In this document: positions 45,129 to 53,182 of the stretch, piece by piece | Layout: each line of letters opens with the position of its first letter | Position numbering within the stretch: the first letter of the stretch is position 1 | Origin: Patescibacteria group bacterium | GTDB lineage: Bacteria; Patescibacteriota; Minisyncoccia; Minisyncoccales; GWA2-38-27 | Assembly: GCA_020148045.1 (NCBI GenBank) | Contig: JAHCRG010000016.1 | Coordinates: 68 to 64,067, forward strand | Reading direction: 5' to 3' | Length of the DNA stretch: 64,000 nucleotides | Notes under the pieces: model-generated | Databases searched by the model: none | Told to the model about the DNA's origin: nothing | What the model saw: only the letters and a program-made list of their open reading frames with translations | Program-made: the position numbers and the translations under genes

Positions 45129-45162
45129 GTTTGAACGTCGTCCACGAGGCCCCGCCAAGAAC

Positions 45163-45188
45163 AAAAAACCGGCTTCGCCGGTTTTTTT
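45163..45188. terminator. bidirectional terminator between the NUDIX gene and comF
   Basis: A6-CCGGC-TTC-GCCGG-T7. Confidence 0.75.
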
Positions 45189-45189
45189 G

Positions 45190-45903
45190 TTACCCCCTGG
45201 CGACGACTATGCCCCAGACTTCTTTGGCGCCCGCCTCCTGAAGGAGGCGGGCGCATTGTTCCATTGTTGAGCCGGTGGTGAAAATGTCATCGATTAGAAA
45301 AATTTTTTTACCCATTACTAATTCTGGTTTTTGACATAAAAATACTCCTTTGATATTTTCTTCTCTTTCTTCTTTTTTTAATTCCACTTGGGCTGGGGTC
45401 TGTTTTATTTTTATTAAGATATCATCAAAAAATGGAATCTTCAAAACCTTTGAAAGTTCTTTGGCGATTTCGCTTGCCTGGTTAAATCCCCGTTTTTTTA
45501 ATTTCTTTTTATGAAGGGGAATGGGGATGAGAATAAAATCATTAAATGTAGTTACTTTGTTTAGATTAATAAAATGAGCTATAATTGAAGAAGATAATGG
45601 TTTTGATAGTTCTTTAATATAGGGTTCATATTTGAATTGGTTTATCAGTTTTTTGACAATGAAATTATTGTAAGAAGCAGCACAGTAAAGACCATTTAAA
45701 CTTTTTGACCTCTTGCAAAAATTACAGGTTTTGCCATCAATAACAACTTTTGGCTGGGGGCAAAAAGGACAGTATTGTCTTTCTAAAATATCAATTAAAG
45801 AAAAACAATCTTGGCAGAGATAACTTCCTTCTTTACCGCAGCTGATACAAAATTTCGGAAAAAGAAGGTCAAGAATAAACTCTTTAGTTGAGGATAGATT
45901 CAT
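45190..45903 (-). CDS. comF: ComF-family phosphoribosyltransferase-domain protein
   Basis: N-terminal CxxC...CxxC zinc ribbon. C-terminal PRT motif IFLIDDIFTTGST. Confidence 0.8.
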   Translation of the reverse strand: MNLSSTKEFILDLLFPKFCISCGKEGSYLCQDCFSLIDILERQYCPFCPQPKVVIDGKTCNFCKRSKSLNGLYCAASYNNFIVKKLINQFKYEPYIKELSKPLSSSIIAHFINLNKVTTFNDFILIPIPLHKKKLKKRGFNQASEIAKELSKVLKIPFFDDILIKIKQTPAQVELKKEEREENIKGVFLCQKPELVMGKKIFLIDDIFTTGSTMEQCARLLQEAGAKEVWGIVVARG

Positions 45904-45963
45904 ATTAACATATTAACATTTTAACAAAATGTTTGGATGTTTAAATGCTAAAATGTTTAAATG
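45901..45963. repeat. octamer array: CAT every 8 nt, then ATG every 8 nt
   Basis: CAT at 45901 (the comF start codon on the minus strand), 45909, 45917. ATG at 45929, 45937, 45945, 45953, 45961. Confidence 0.8.
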
Positions 45964-46014
45964 AGCTGGTTTTTCCACATAGTCCTTTTCGTTTTAATAT
46001 GATATGATTAAGTA

Positions 46015-47109
46015 ATGTTTCAAGATATACGCGGTTTTTTTAAACTCCGACCTAAAAAATTCTTAGGGATAGATATCGGAACCTCATCAATAAAAATTGT
46101 TGAGATGGGACGCCAAGGCAAGAGTCGCAGACTTGAGAACTACGGAGAAATAAAAACTTCATCTTTTAAAAAGAGACGCTTTAGGGTTTTTCAAAAAAAC
46201 ACTCTTTCACTTTCTAATAGAGAAGTAGCCAAAGCTATTCAGGCTGTCTGTAAAGAAACGGGAATCCAGACCAAAGAAGTTAGTTTTTCCATCCCTGATT
46301 TTTGTAGTTTTTTTACTGGTTTTAAACTTCCTGTGATGGGTAAAGACGAGATTCCCCAGGCAGTTAAATACGAAGTTAGGCCGTATATTCCTCTTCCGCT
46401 TCCCGATGTCACTTTAGATTGGTCAATAACTGAAGGAGAGGTTTCTAAAACTCCTCTTAAGGTTTTGGTAGCAGCTATTCCCAATGATATTATTAATCAA
46501 TATCAGCAGATTGCCCACTTTGCGAATTTAAAATTAAGGATTTTAGAATCAGAGGTGTTTGCTTTAGTTAGAGCTTTAACTAAAAAAAATGAAAAAGAAA
46601 AAAAAGCAATAGGTTTGATAGACATTGGAGCTCGGAGTACTACCTGTAGTGTTCTTGAACAAGGAATTTTAAAAACAAGCTATAGCTTTAATGTTGCTGG
46701 GAATGAATTGACAGAGATTATAGCCAAATCTTTAAATATTGATTATAATGAAGCTGAGGAGATGAAAAGAAAGCATGGATTGCTTTTTAAGAATGGGCTT
46801 GAGGAATCCCAAAGAAATATTAGAAAAATTTTACTTCCTTTAATTGATTCAATTTTAGAAGAGATTAAGAAAGCTTTTCGGAATTTTTATCGCGATGAAG
46901 GAAAAGAAGTAGGGAAGATTATTTTGGCCGGAGGGTTAACTTCAATGCCTGGTTTAAAAGAGTACTTTTCTACAGAGTTAAAAAAAGAATTAGATATTGC
47001 CGATCCCTTTTTTAACATTGCTTGCCCAGTAGTTCTTACCAATACTCTAAAAGAAATAGGACCGAGTTATGCTATTAGTGTTGGTTTAACATTAAAGGGG
47101 CTGGAATAA
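46015..47109 (+). CDS. pilM: type IV pilus assembly protein PilM
   Basis: Actin-like ATPase fold pattern (GIDIGTSSIK..., IDIGARST). Heads the pil block. Confidence 0.85.
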   Translation: MFQDIRGFFKLRPKKFLGIDIGTSSIKIVEMGRQGKSRRLENYGEIKTSSFKKRRFRVFQKNTLSLSNREVAKAIQAVCKETGIQTKEVSFSIPDFCSFFTGFKLPVMGKDEIPQAVKYEVRPYIPLPLPDVTLDWSITEGEVSKTPLKVLVAAIPNDIINQYQQIAHFANLKLRILESEVFALVRALTKKNEKEKKAIGLIDIGARSTTCSVLEQGILKTSYSFNVAGNELTEIIAKSLNIDYNEAEEMKRKHGLLFKNGLEESQRNIRKILLPLIDSILEEIKKAFRNFYRDEGKEVGKIILAGGLTSMPGLKEYFSTELKKELDIADPFFNIACPVVLTNTLKEIGPSYAISVGLTLKGLE

Positions 47110-47113
47110 GAAC

Positions 47114-47638
47114 ATGGCTATAAAAATTGCTCCCAGAGGAAAAATTAAACTACCTCTTTGGATAATTATTCTTGGAGTTTTTACTATAATTTTGCTTATA
47201 GGTTTTTTGGGCAGCTATTTTTATTTAGAAATATCCATAAGAAAAATGTCTCAGGAGATTCAAGAAAAAGAGCCGATACTTACTCCTTTGGAAGAAGCCA
47301 TAAAGAAGAAAGAGGAAGAACTTAGTCCTGTTGGGGAAAAAATAGATGATTTTGGTGAATTGCTCCAAAAACATAAAATCCCATCAAATATTTTTAATTT
47401 TTTAGAAAAAATCTGCCTTCCTACTGTTTGGTTTTCTGATTTCAGTCTCACTTCTGAAAATGGAGAGGTAACCGTTTCCGGCCACACAGATAATTTTGTG
47501 ACCCTTGAGCAACAAATCCTCGTTTTAAAACAAGACCTCCTCGTAAAAAATTTAAATATATCTGGGGTTTCAATAAGCGAGGAAGGAAAAGTTAATTTCA
47601 CCTTCCTACTTGCTTTTGCCCCCCAAATATTTAGATAA
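47114..47638 (+). CDS. PilN-like bitopic pilus assembly protein
   Basis: One N-terminal TM helix, coiled coil, ferredoxin-like C-terminus. Position after pilM. Confidence 0.5.
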   Translation: MAIKIAPRGKIKLPLWIIILGVFTIILLIGFLGSYFYLEISIRKMSQEIQEKEPILTPLEEAIKKKEEELSPVGEKIDDFGELLQKHKIPSNIFNFLEKICLPTVWFSDFSLTSENGEVTVSGHTDNFVTLEQQILVLKQDLLVKNLNISGVSISEEGKVNFTFLLAFAPQIFR

Positions 47639-48237
47639 TGCAGCGACCTATTCCTGTTATTATTATTGTTAGCATTTTAATCCTTTTGATTGTAGGAGGA
47701 TATTTTTTGGGGTGGCCTAAATATCAGGAGTTTGGAGATAAGAAATTAGAGGTTGAAGGAAAAGATACAGAGATAAGACAAAAACAGGAATATCTTTCAA
47801 AATTAGAAGTTTTTTCTGATAGACTGTCAGAGTATAGTGATGAGCTTGCCGAAATTGATTTCGCTCTTCCCACCGAGCCCTCAATAGCTGCCCTCTTTAT
47901 TTTTTTTCAGAAGATAAGCTCGGAAAATGGTTTAATTTTAAAAGATACTGATTTAGGCGAACTTTTTTCTTCAGAGACCCCAGAAACCCCAGAGACCCCA
48001 GGGACTCCTGGGGAGAGAATTCAAAAAATGCCTTTCTCTATTTCGGTCACGGGCTCTTATCCTGCTTTAAAAAATTTCCTCTCTGTTGTTTATAGAAACA
48101 CTAGATTAATTGAAGTAAATTCTATTAGTTTTTCTTTTCCCGAAGAAGAAGAAGGCCTGTTTACTTTTAATTTGGCATTGGAAACCCATGCTTATCAACC
48201 AAAGGCGGAGAAAGAAGAAGCAGAAACCCCCGAGTAA
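47638..48237 (+). CDS. PilO-like bitopic pilus assembly protein
   Basis: One TM helix, coiled coil. ETPETPETPGTPGE linker encoded by 9-nt repeats. Start overlaps the previous stop. Confidence 0.55.
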   Translation: MQRPIPVIIIVSILILLIVGGYFLGWPKYQEFGDKKLEVEGKDTEIRQKQEYLSKLEVFSDRLSEYSDELAEIDFALPTEPSIAALFIFFQKISSENGLILKDTDLGELFSSETPETPETPGTPGERIQKMPFSISVTGSYPALKNFLSVVYRNTRLIEVNSISFSFPEEEEGLFTFNLALETHAYQPKAEKEEAETPE

Positions 48238-48249
48238 AAATAAAAAACT

Positions 48250-48522
48250 ATGGCTGTTAAATTTATTAAAGAAAGAAAAAAACAAAGGTATTTAATTATA
48301 GGTTTTGGGATAATGCTTGTAGCTATTAGTATTGTTTTGTGGTCAGGATATTTTAAAAAGGAAGAGCCTATCGCTCCTCCAGTTTCGGTCATTCCTCTTA
48401 GAGAAATAAAAATAAATTTTGAAGTTTTAGAAAATCCGTTCTTGAAAGAACTTCAACCTTTTGTAGAGATTTCTCCCTTTGTAGGTGAAAAGGGACGAGA
48501 GAATCCATTCTTACCGTATTGA
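48250..48522 (+). CDS. small bitopic membrane protein of the pilMNO operon
   Basis: One TM helix. Its stop codon forms the base of the 27-bp hairpin preceding pilB. Confidence 0.4.
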   Translation: MAVKFIKERKKQRYLIIGFGIMLVAISIVLWSGYFKKEEPIAPPVSVIPLREIKINFEVLENPFLKELQPFVEISPFVGEKGRENPFLPY

Positions 48523-48610
48523 AACTTGAAACTTGAAACTTGAAACATTATTGATTGATAAGAATGTTTTCAAAATAAAATAAGTTTTAAGTTTTAAGTT
48601 TTAAGTTTCA
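48520..48610 (+). repeat. 27-bp hairpin of heptamer words (GAAACTT)n / (GTTTTAA)n spanning from stop codon to start codon
   Basis: 48520-48546 pairs base-for-base with 48584-48610: 24 Watson-Crick pairs plus 3 G-U pairs. 37-nt loop. Confidence 0.85.
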
Positions 48611-50331
48611 TGACATTAGTTCAGCAATTAGTTAAAAAAGGGGCATTGGAAAAGTCAAAGGCTACTGCCCTGGAATACGAAATCAAGACTTCCGGACGAA
48701 GAGAAGAGGAGGTAATCTTAGAAAAAAGAATAGTTTCTGAGGATTTTCTATTTGGTTTAAAAAGCGAAAGCCTAAAAATACCTCTAAAGATAGTTTCTCC
48801 TAGAGAGGTTCTCTTGAAAGTTTTAGAAACAATCCCTGAGGAATCAGCCAAATATTACCGGATGATACCTTTAACCAAAGAAGACAGTCGTTTGGAGATA
48901 GGAATGGTTTATCCTGAGGATTTGAAAGCTCGAGAGGCCTTGGAGTTTTTAGCTCGCCAAAACAAATTTAGCTACCGGATTTTCTTAATTACCTTAACGA
49001 ATTTTAACGAACTTTTAAAGAAATACCGGACCCTAAGGAAAGAAGTAACCAGGGCTTTGGAAGAATTAGAGACCGAACTCAAAGTAGAGAAGGTTAAAAA
49101 GGTTGGAATAGCTGAGGTTGAAAGAATGGTAGAGGAAGCCCCGATTTCAAAAGTGGTGGCAGTTATATTAAGACACGCTGTTGATGGAAATGCTTCTGAT
49201 ATTCATATTGAGCCGGGCAGGGAAAAATTACGAGTCAGATTCCGATTAGACGGCGTATTACATGCCAGTATTTTTTTACCCCTTAGAATTCTTCCTGCCG
49301 TAGTAGCCAGGGTTAAAATCCTTTCTAATCTAAAAATAGATGAGACCCGAGTTCCCCAAGATGGCCGATTTTCTACTAAAATTGAGGATAGAGGTATTGA
49401 TTTTCGGGTTTCTACTTTTCCAACTACCTTGGGAGAAAAAGTAGCAATAAGAATTTTAGACCCTGGTCAAAGGAAAGTGGAATTTAAAGAACTGGGGATA
49501 ACTGGAAGAAATCTTAAAGTAATAGAAAAAGCATTGAAAAAACCTTATGGGATGATTTTAGCTACCGGCCCGACAGGTTCAGGTAAAACCACTACCCTTT
49601 ATGCTGTTTTAGGACTTTTTAATAAAGAAGAGGTAAATATAATGACTCTGGAAGACCCGGTAGAATATTTTATGGAAGGAGTTAACCAATCTCAGGTAAA
49701 ACCGGAAATTGGCTATAGTTTTGCTAACGGTCTTCGCTATACTTTAAGACAGGACCCTGATATTTTAATGGTAGGAGAGATTAGAGATGAAGAAACTGCC
49801 TCTTTAGCTATCCATGCAGCTTTAACCGGGCATATCCTGCTTTCTACCTTACATACGTCAAATACTCTTGGAGTAATCCCAAGATTGGTTGATATGGGGA
49901 TACAGGCATTTTTAATCCCCCCTACTTTGAGTTTGGCTCTTGCTCAAAGGTTAGTAAGAAAGCTTTGTCCTCATTGTAAAAGAAAGGTGAAAGCAAATGA
50001 AGAAGCAAGAAAATTACTTTTGGAAGAAATAGAAAAGTTTCCGTCAACTATTAAAAAGAGCGTTGGGCCGACCAAAACCCTTTATGTTCATGAGCCAGTG
50101 GGTTGTAAAAGGTGTAATAATGTAGGTTATTCCGGGCGAATTGGAATTTTTGAAATTTTGGAAATGACTGACCGGCTCGGAGAAGTAATTTTAAAAGAGC
50201 CCTCTGAAGCTAAAATTCAAGAAGAAGCTAAAAATCAAGGAATGATAACAATGAAACAGGATGGAATATTAAAAGTTTTGGAAGGTACTACATCTATTGA
50301 GGAAGTGCTGAGAGTGGCCGAAGAGAAGTAA
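48610..50331 (+). CDS. pilB: type IV pilus extension ATPase PilB (GspE family)
   Basis: Walker A GPTGSGKTT, Asp/His boxes, tetracysteine CPHC...CKRC, N-terminal MshEN-like domain. Confidence 0.95.
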   Translation: MTLVQQLVKKGALEKSKATALEYEIKTSGRREEEVILEKRIVSEDFLFGLKSESLKIPLKIVSPREVLLKVLETIPEESAKYYRMIPLTKEDSRLEIGMVYPEDLKAREALEFLARQNKFSYRIFLITLTNFNELLKKYRTLRKEVTRALEELETELKVEKVKKVGIAEVERMVEEAPISKVVAVILRHAVDGNASDIHIEPGREKLRVRFRLDGVLHASIFLPLRILPAVVARVKILSNLKIDETRVPQDGRFSTKIEDRGIDFRVSTFPTTLGEKVAIRILDPGQRKVEFKELGITGRNLKVIEKALKKPYGMILATGPTGSGKTTTLYAVLGLFNKEEVNIMTLEDPVEYFMEGVNQSQVKPEIGYSFANGLRYTLRQDPDILMVGEIRDEETASLAIHAALTGHILLSTLHTSNTLGVIPRLVDMGIQAFLIPPTLSLALAQRLVRKLCPHCKRKVKANEEARKLLLEEIEKFPSTIKKSVGPTKTLYVHEPVGCKRCNNVGYSGRIGIFEILEMTDRLGEVILKEPSEAKIQEEAKNQGMITMKQDGILKVLEGTTSIEEVLRVAEEK

Positions 50332-50337
50332 TGATCA

Positions 50338-50406
50338 ACGCAAGATTAAAGGCAAGATTAACACAAGATAAAATAATCTGCGTTAATCGTGTTAAAAATC
50401 TTGCGT
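50338..50406 (+). repeat. long imperfect hairpin between pilB and the receiver gene
   Basis: Perfect outer 10-bp stem ACGCAAGATT (50338-50347) / AATCTTGCGT (50397-50406). Inner CAAGATTA-type words pair partly. Confidence 0.7.
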
Positions 50407-50417
50407 AAATCAAATTT

Positions 50418-50783
50418 GTGAAACAAATTTTATTAGTTGAAGACGACCCATTCTTGGTAGAGATTTATACTACCAAACTCAAAGAGGCTGGATTTTCTGT
50501 AGAGGTAGCTACTGATGGAAACGAGTGTTTAAAAAAAATGAAAAAGAAATCTCCTGACCTCTTACTTTTAGATGTTGTTTTGCCCAGTTTTAATGGTTGG
50601 GAAATTCTTAGAGAAATTAAAAAAGATAATAAATTAAACAGTTTAAAAGTAATTATTCTTTCTAATCTTGGCGAGAAAGAAGAGATAGAAAAAGGATTAA
50701 AACTTGGAGCAGTAAGATATTTAGTAAAAGCCCACTACAGCCCAAGCGAAGTAGTGGAAGAGATTAAAAAGATACTTAAGTAA
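50418..50783 (+). CDS. single-domain response regulator embedded in the pil operon
   Basis: Receiver motifs VEDD, DLLLLDVVLP, SNLG, K. GTG start. Paralogous to 871..1239. Confidence 0.9.
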   Translation: MKQILLVEDDPFLVEIYTTKLKEAGFSVEVATDGNECLKKMKKKSPDLLLLDVVLPSFNGWEILREIKKDNKLNSLKVIILSNLGEKEEIEKGLKLGAVRYLVKAHYSPSEVVEEIKKILK

Positions 50784-50789
50784 ATTTCT

Positions 50790-51857
50790 ATGAACTACTC
50801 ATCTTTATTAAAAGAACTTCTTAGTGCGACCCTTACCCAGAAGGCGTCGGATTTACATATTTCAGTTGGTCATCCCCCGGTTTTACGAATAGGCGGCAGA
50901 TTAGTCTTTTTAGTTAGAAGGAAAAAAGTTTCCCCAGAAGATTCTAAGGGACTTGCTTTTGAATTAATGACCGAAAAACAGCAAGAAAGATTTCTTAAAA
51001 ACAAAGAGATTGATTTTTCTTACAATTTTGAAGGAAAAGCCAGATTTAGGATTAATATTTTTTATCAGAGAGGAGATATTTCTTCTGCTCTTCGTTTAAT
51101 CCCGGCTAAAATTCCCACCGTTGAAGAATTAAATCTTCCCCCGATTTTACATGAGTTTATTAGACCTTCTCAGGGGTTTGTTTTGGTTACCGGTCCTTCC
51201 AGCCAGGGAAAATCTACTACTTTAGCTGCTTTGGTTGACGAGGTAAATCATACCAGGGCTGTTCATATAATTACGGTTGAGGATCCCATTGAATATGTTT
51301 TTGAGGATGACAGGTCAATTATTGACCAGAGGGAGCTGGGCCGAGATACTTTAAGTTTTGCCAAGGCATTAAAATCTACTTTTCGTCAGGACCCGGACGT
51401 AATTATGGTAGGGGAAATGAGGGACCCTGTGACTATCTCTACTGCTATTACTGCAGCTGAGACAGGCCACTTAGTTTTAGCTACCTTGCATACTAATTCA
51501 GCTTCTCAAAGTATTCATCGAATTGTTGATACCTTTCCCGGTGCCCAACAGGGCCAAATTCGAGCTCAACTTTCAGGGTCTTTGCTTGGAGTAGTTTCTC
51601 AAAGATTAGTGCCTAGAATTAAAGGAGGATTAATACCTGCCTGTGAAATAATGATGAATACGCCGGCTATAGCCAATTTAATACGGGAAAATAAAATTCA
51701 TGAAATGCCTTTAGTTATTGAAACCTCAGCTGAAATAGGAATGGTTTCTTTAAATAGGTATTTGGCTAATTTAGTCAGGGCAAAGGAAATTGCCTTAGAT
51801 ACTGCCCAAAATTATTCCTTAAATCCAGCTGAATTGAGAGGCCTCGTTAGGAGATAA
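50790..51857 (+). CDS. pilT: type IV pilus retraction ATPase PilT
   Basis: ASDLHI, Walker A GPSSQGKST, GEMRD, ATLHTNSA. Confidence 0.95.
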   Translation: MNYSSLLKELLSATLTQKASDLHISVGHPPVLRIGGRLVFLVRRKKVSPEDSKGLAFELMTEKQQERFLKNKEIDFSYNFEGKARFRINIFYQRGDISSALRLIPAKIPTVEELNLPPILHEFIRPSQGFVLVTGPSSQGKSTTLAALVDEVNHTRAVHIITVEDPIEYVFEDDRSIIDQRELGRDTLSFAKALKSTFRQDPDVIMVGEMRDPVTISTAITAAETGHLVLATLHTNSASQSIHRIVDTFPGAQQGQIRAQLSGSLLGVVSQRLVPRIKGGLIPACEIMMNTPAIANLIRENKIHEMPLVIETSAEIGMVSLNRYLANLVRAKEIALDTAQNYSLNPAELRGLVRR

Positions 51858-51858
51858 T

Positions 51859-53064
51859 ATGAAATTTAACTATCAAGCGAGAGATGAAACAGGAGAAATT
51901 CAGTCAGGGGTTGTGGAAGCTTCTAACCGAGAGGCTGCTTTTAATGTTTTAAAAACTCACGGGCTTTACGTAACTGCTTTAGAAGAAATAACAGCTGTTC
52001 CTATTTATGCTAGAAAATTGAAAATTTTCGAGAGAGTTACCAAAAAAGACATTGTCCTTTTCTCTCGGCAAATATCAATTATGTTCAAATCCAAGGTGCC
52101 GGTAGTTGAGACCCTCCAGACCATTGCTAAGCAGACAAGAAAATCTACCCTCAGGGAGAAAATTTTAAAAATAGCCGGGAAAGTGGAAGGAGGAACACCT
52201 CTTTCTGGGGCCCTCAATATTTATCCAAAACTTTTTTCTCCTTTTTATATTAATATGGTGAAGTCCGGTGAGGCCTCTGGTAAACTGAGCGATGTTTTTA
52301 TGTATTTAGCTGATTATTTGGAAAGAGAGCATTCTTTTCACGGAAAAGTAAAAGGGGCACTGGTCTATCCTTTTTTTATTTTATTTGTTTTTTTAGCGGT
52401 GGTCACAATAATAATGGTTTATGTTATTCCTCAACTAGCCGAGGTTTTAAAAGAAACCGAGCAAGAGCTTCCTTTAGTTACCCGGGTAGTAATGGCAATT
52501 TCAGATTTCTTGAAAACGCAAGGCATAATCGCAGCTTTAATTTTTCTTGGCTTAATAGTTGCTCTTGTCCGATTTGTAAGAAGTAAAGCGGGAAAAAAGT
52601 TTTTTGATAGAAACTTACTAAAATTACCTTTATTAGGTGGTTTCTTAAAAAAACTTTATCTTGCTCGTTGCGCTTTAAATCTTTCTACTTTAATTTCTGG
52701 AGGTCTTCCTATAGCTCAGGCCTTAGAAATTACTGGCGAGGTAGTGGGTAATAACCTTTATAAAGAAGTTATTCTTAAAACCAGGGACGAAGTTAAAAGA
52801 GGAGAACCAATAAGCTCAGTTTTGGAGAGATATCCCAACCTTATCTTCCCTCTTTTTTATCAAATGGTAATGGTGGGAGAAAAAACAGGTACTTTAGATT
52901 CTTCTTTAATGAATGTGGTAGAGTTTTATCAGAGGGACGTAGACCGGGCCTTAGATGGTTTTATAAAACTTCTTGAACCAATCTTTATTATACTTTTGGG
53001 AGGAGTGGTAGCTGGTTTAATGGGAGCAGTTTTAATGCCCCTTTACTCAATTGGAGTCGTATAG
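51859..53064 (+). CDS. pilC: type IV pilus platform protein PilC
   Basis: Duplicated GspF domains and three TM helices. Confidence 0.9.
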   Translation: MKFNYQARDETGEIQSGVVEASNREAAFNVLKTHGLYVTALEEITAVPIYARKLKIFERVTKKDIVLFSRQISIMFKSKVPVVETLQTIAKQTRKSTLREKILKIAGKVEGGTPLSGALNIYPKLFSPFYINMVKSGEASGKLSDVFMYLADYLEREHSFHGKVKGALVYPFFILFVFLAVVTIIMVYVIPQLAEVLKETEQELPLVTRVVMAISDFLKTQGIIAALIFLGLIVALVRFVRSKAGKKFFDRNLLKLPLLGGFLKKLYLARCALNLSTLISGGLPIAQALEITGEVVGNNLYKEVILKTRDEVKRGEPISSVLERYPNLIFPLFYQMVMVGEKTGTLDSSLMNVVEFYQRDVDRALDGFIKLLEPIFIILLGGVVAGLMGAVLMPLYSIGVV

Positions 53065-53066
53065 AA

Positions 53067-53145
53067 TCTTGAAACTTATAACTTGAAACCTATTTCAAAT
53101 CATCGTGAAACTGTGACATAAAATTTCAGGTTATAAGTTTTAAGA
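53067..53145 (+). repeat. 22-bp hairpin of heptamer words between pilC and the 1387-aa gene
   Basis: 53067-53088 pairs with 53124-53145: 20 Watson-Crick pairs plus G71-U41 and U83-G29 wobbles. Confidence 0.8.
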
Positions 53146-53182
53146 AGTATGACTATGGAAATTACTCCCAAAGGAAAAATTC

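Noticed and set aside
44648-45150. Direct repeat TAGATTCGAACGTTGTCCAAGAGAG / TAGGTTTGAACGTCGTCCACGAGGC flanking the NUDIX gene, as a possible att-like duplication or tRNA 3' remnant
   Set aside because: Only 19 of 25 positions match. The repeats do not align to the neighbouring tRNA 3' ends. No integrase is present and the enclosed segment is a single small gene. Too weak to call.
48520-48610. GAAAC / GTTTT-rich repeats here (and at 53067, 57371, 37977) resemble CRISPR repeat termini
   Set aside because: The units are only 7 nt, tandem and self-complementary, not 24-40 nt repeats separated by unique spacers. No cas genes are in the window.
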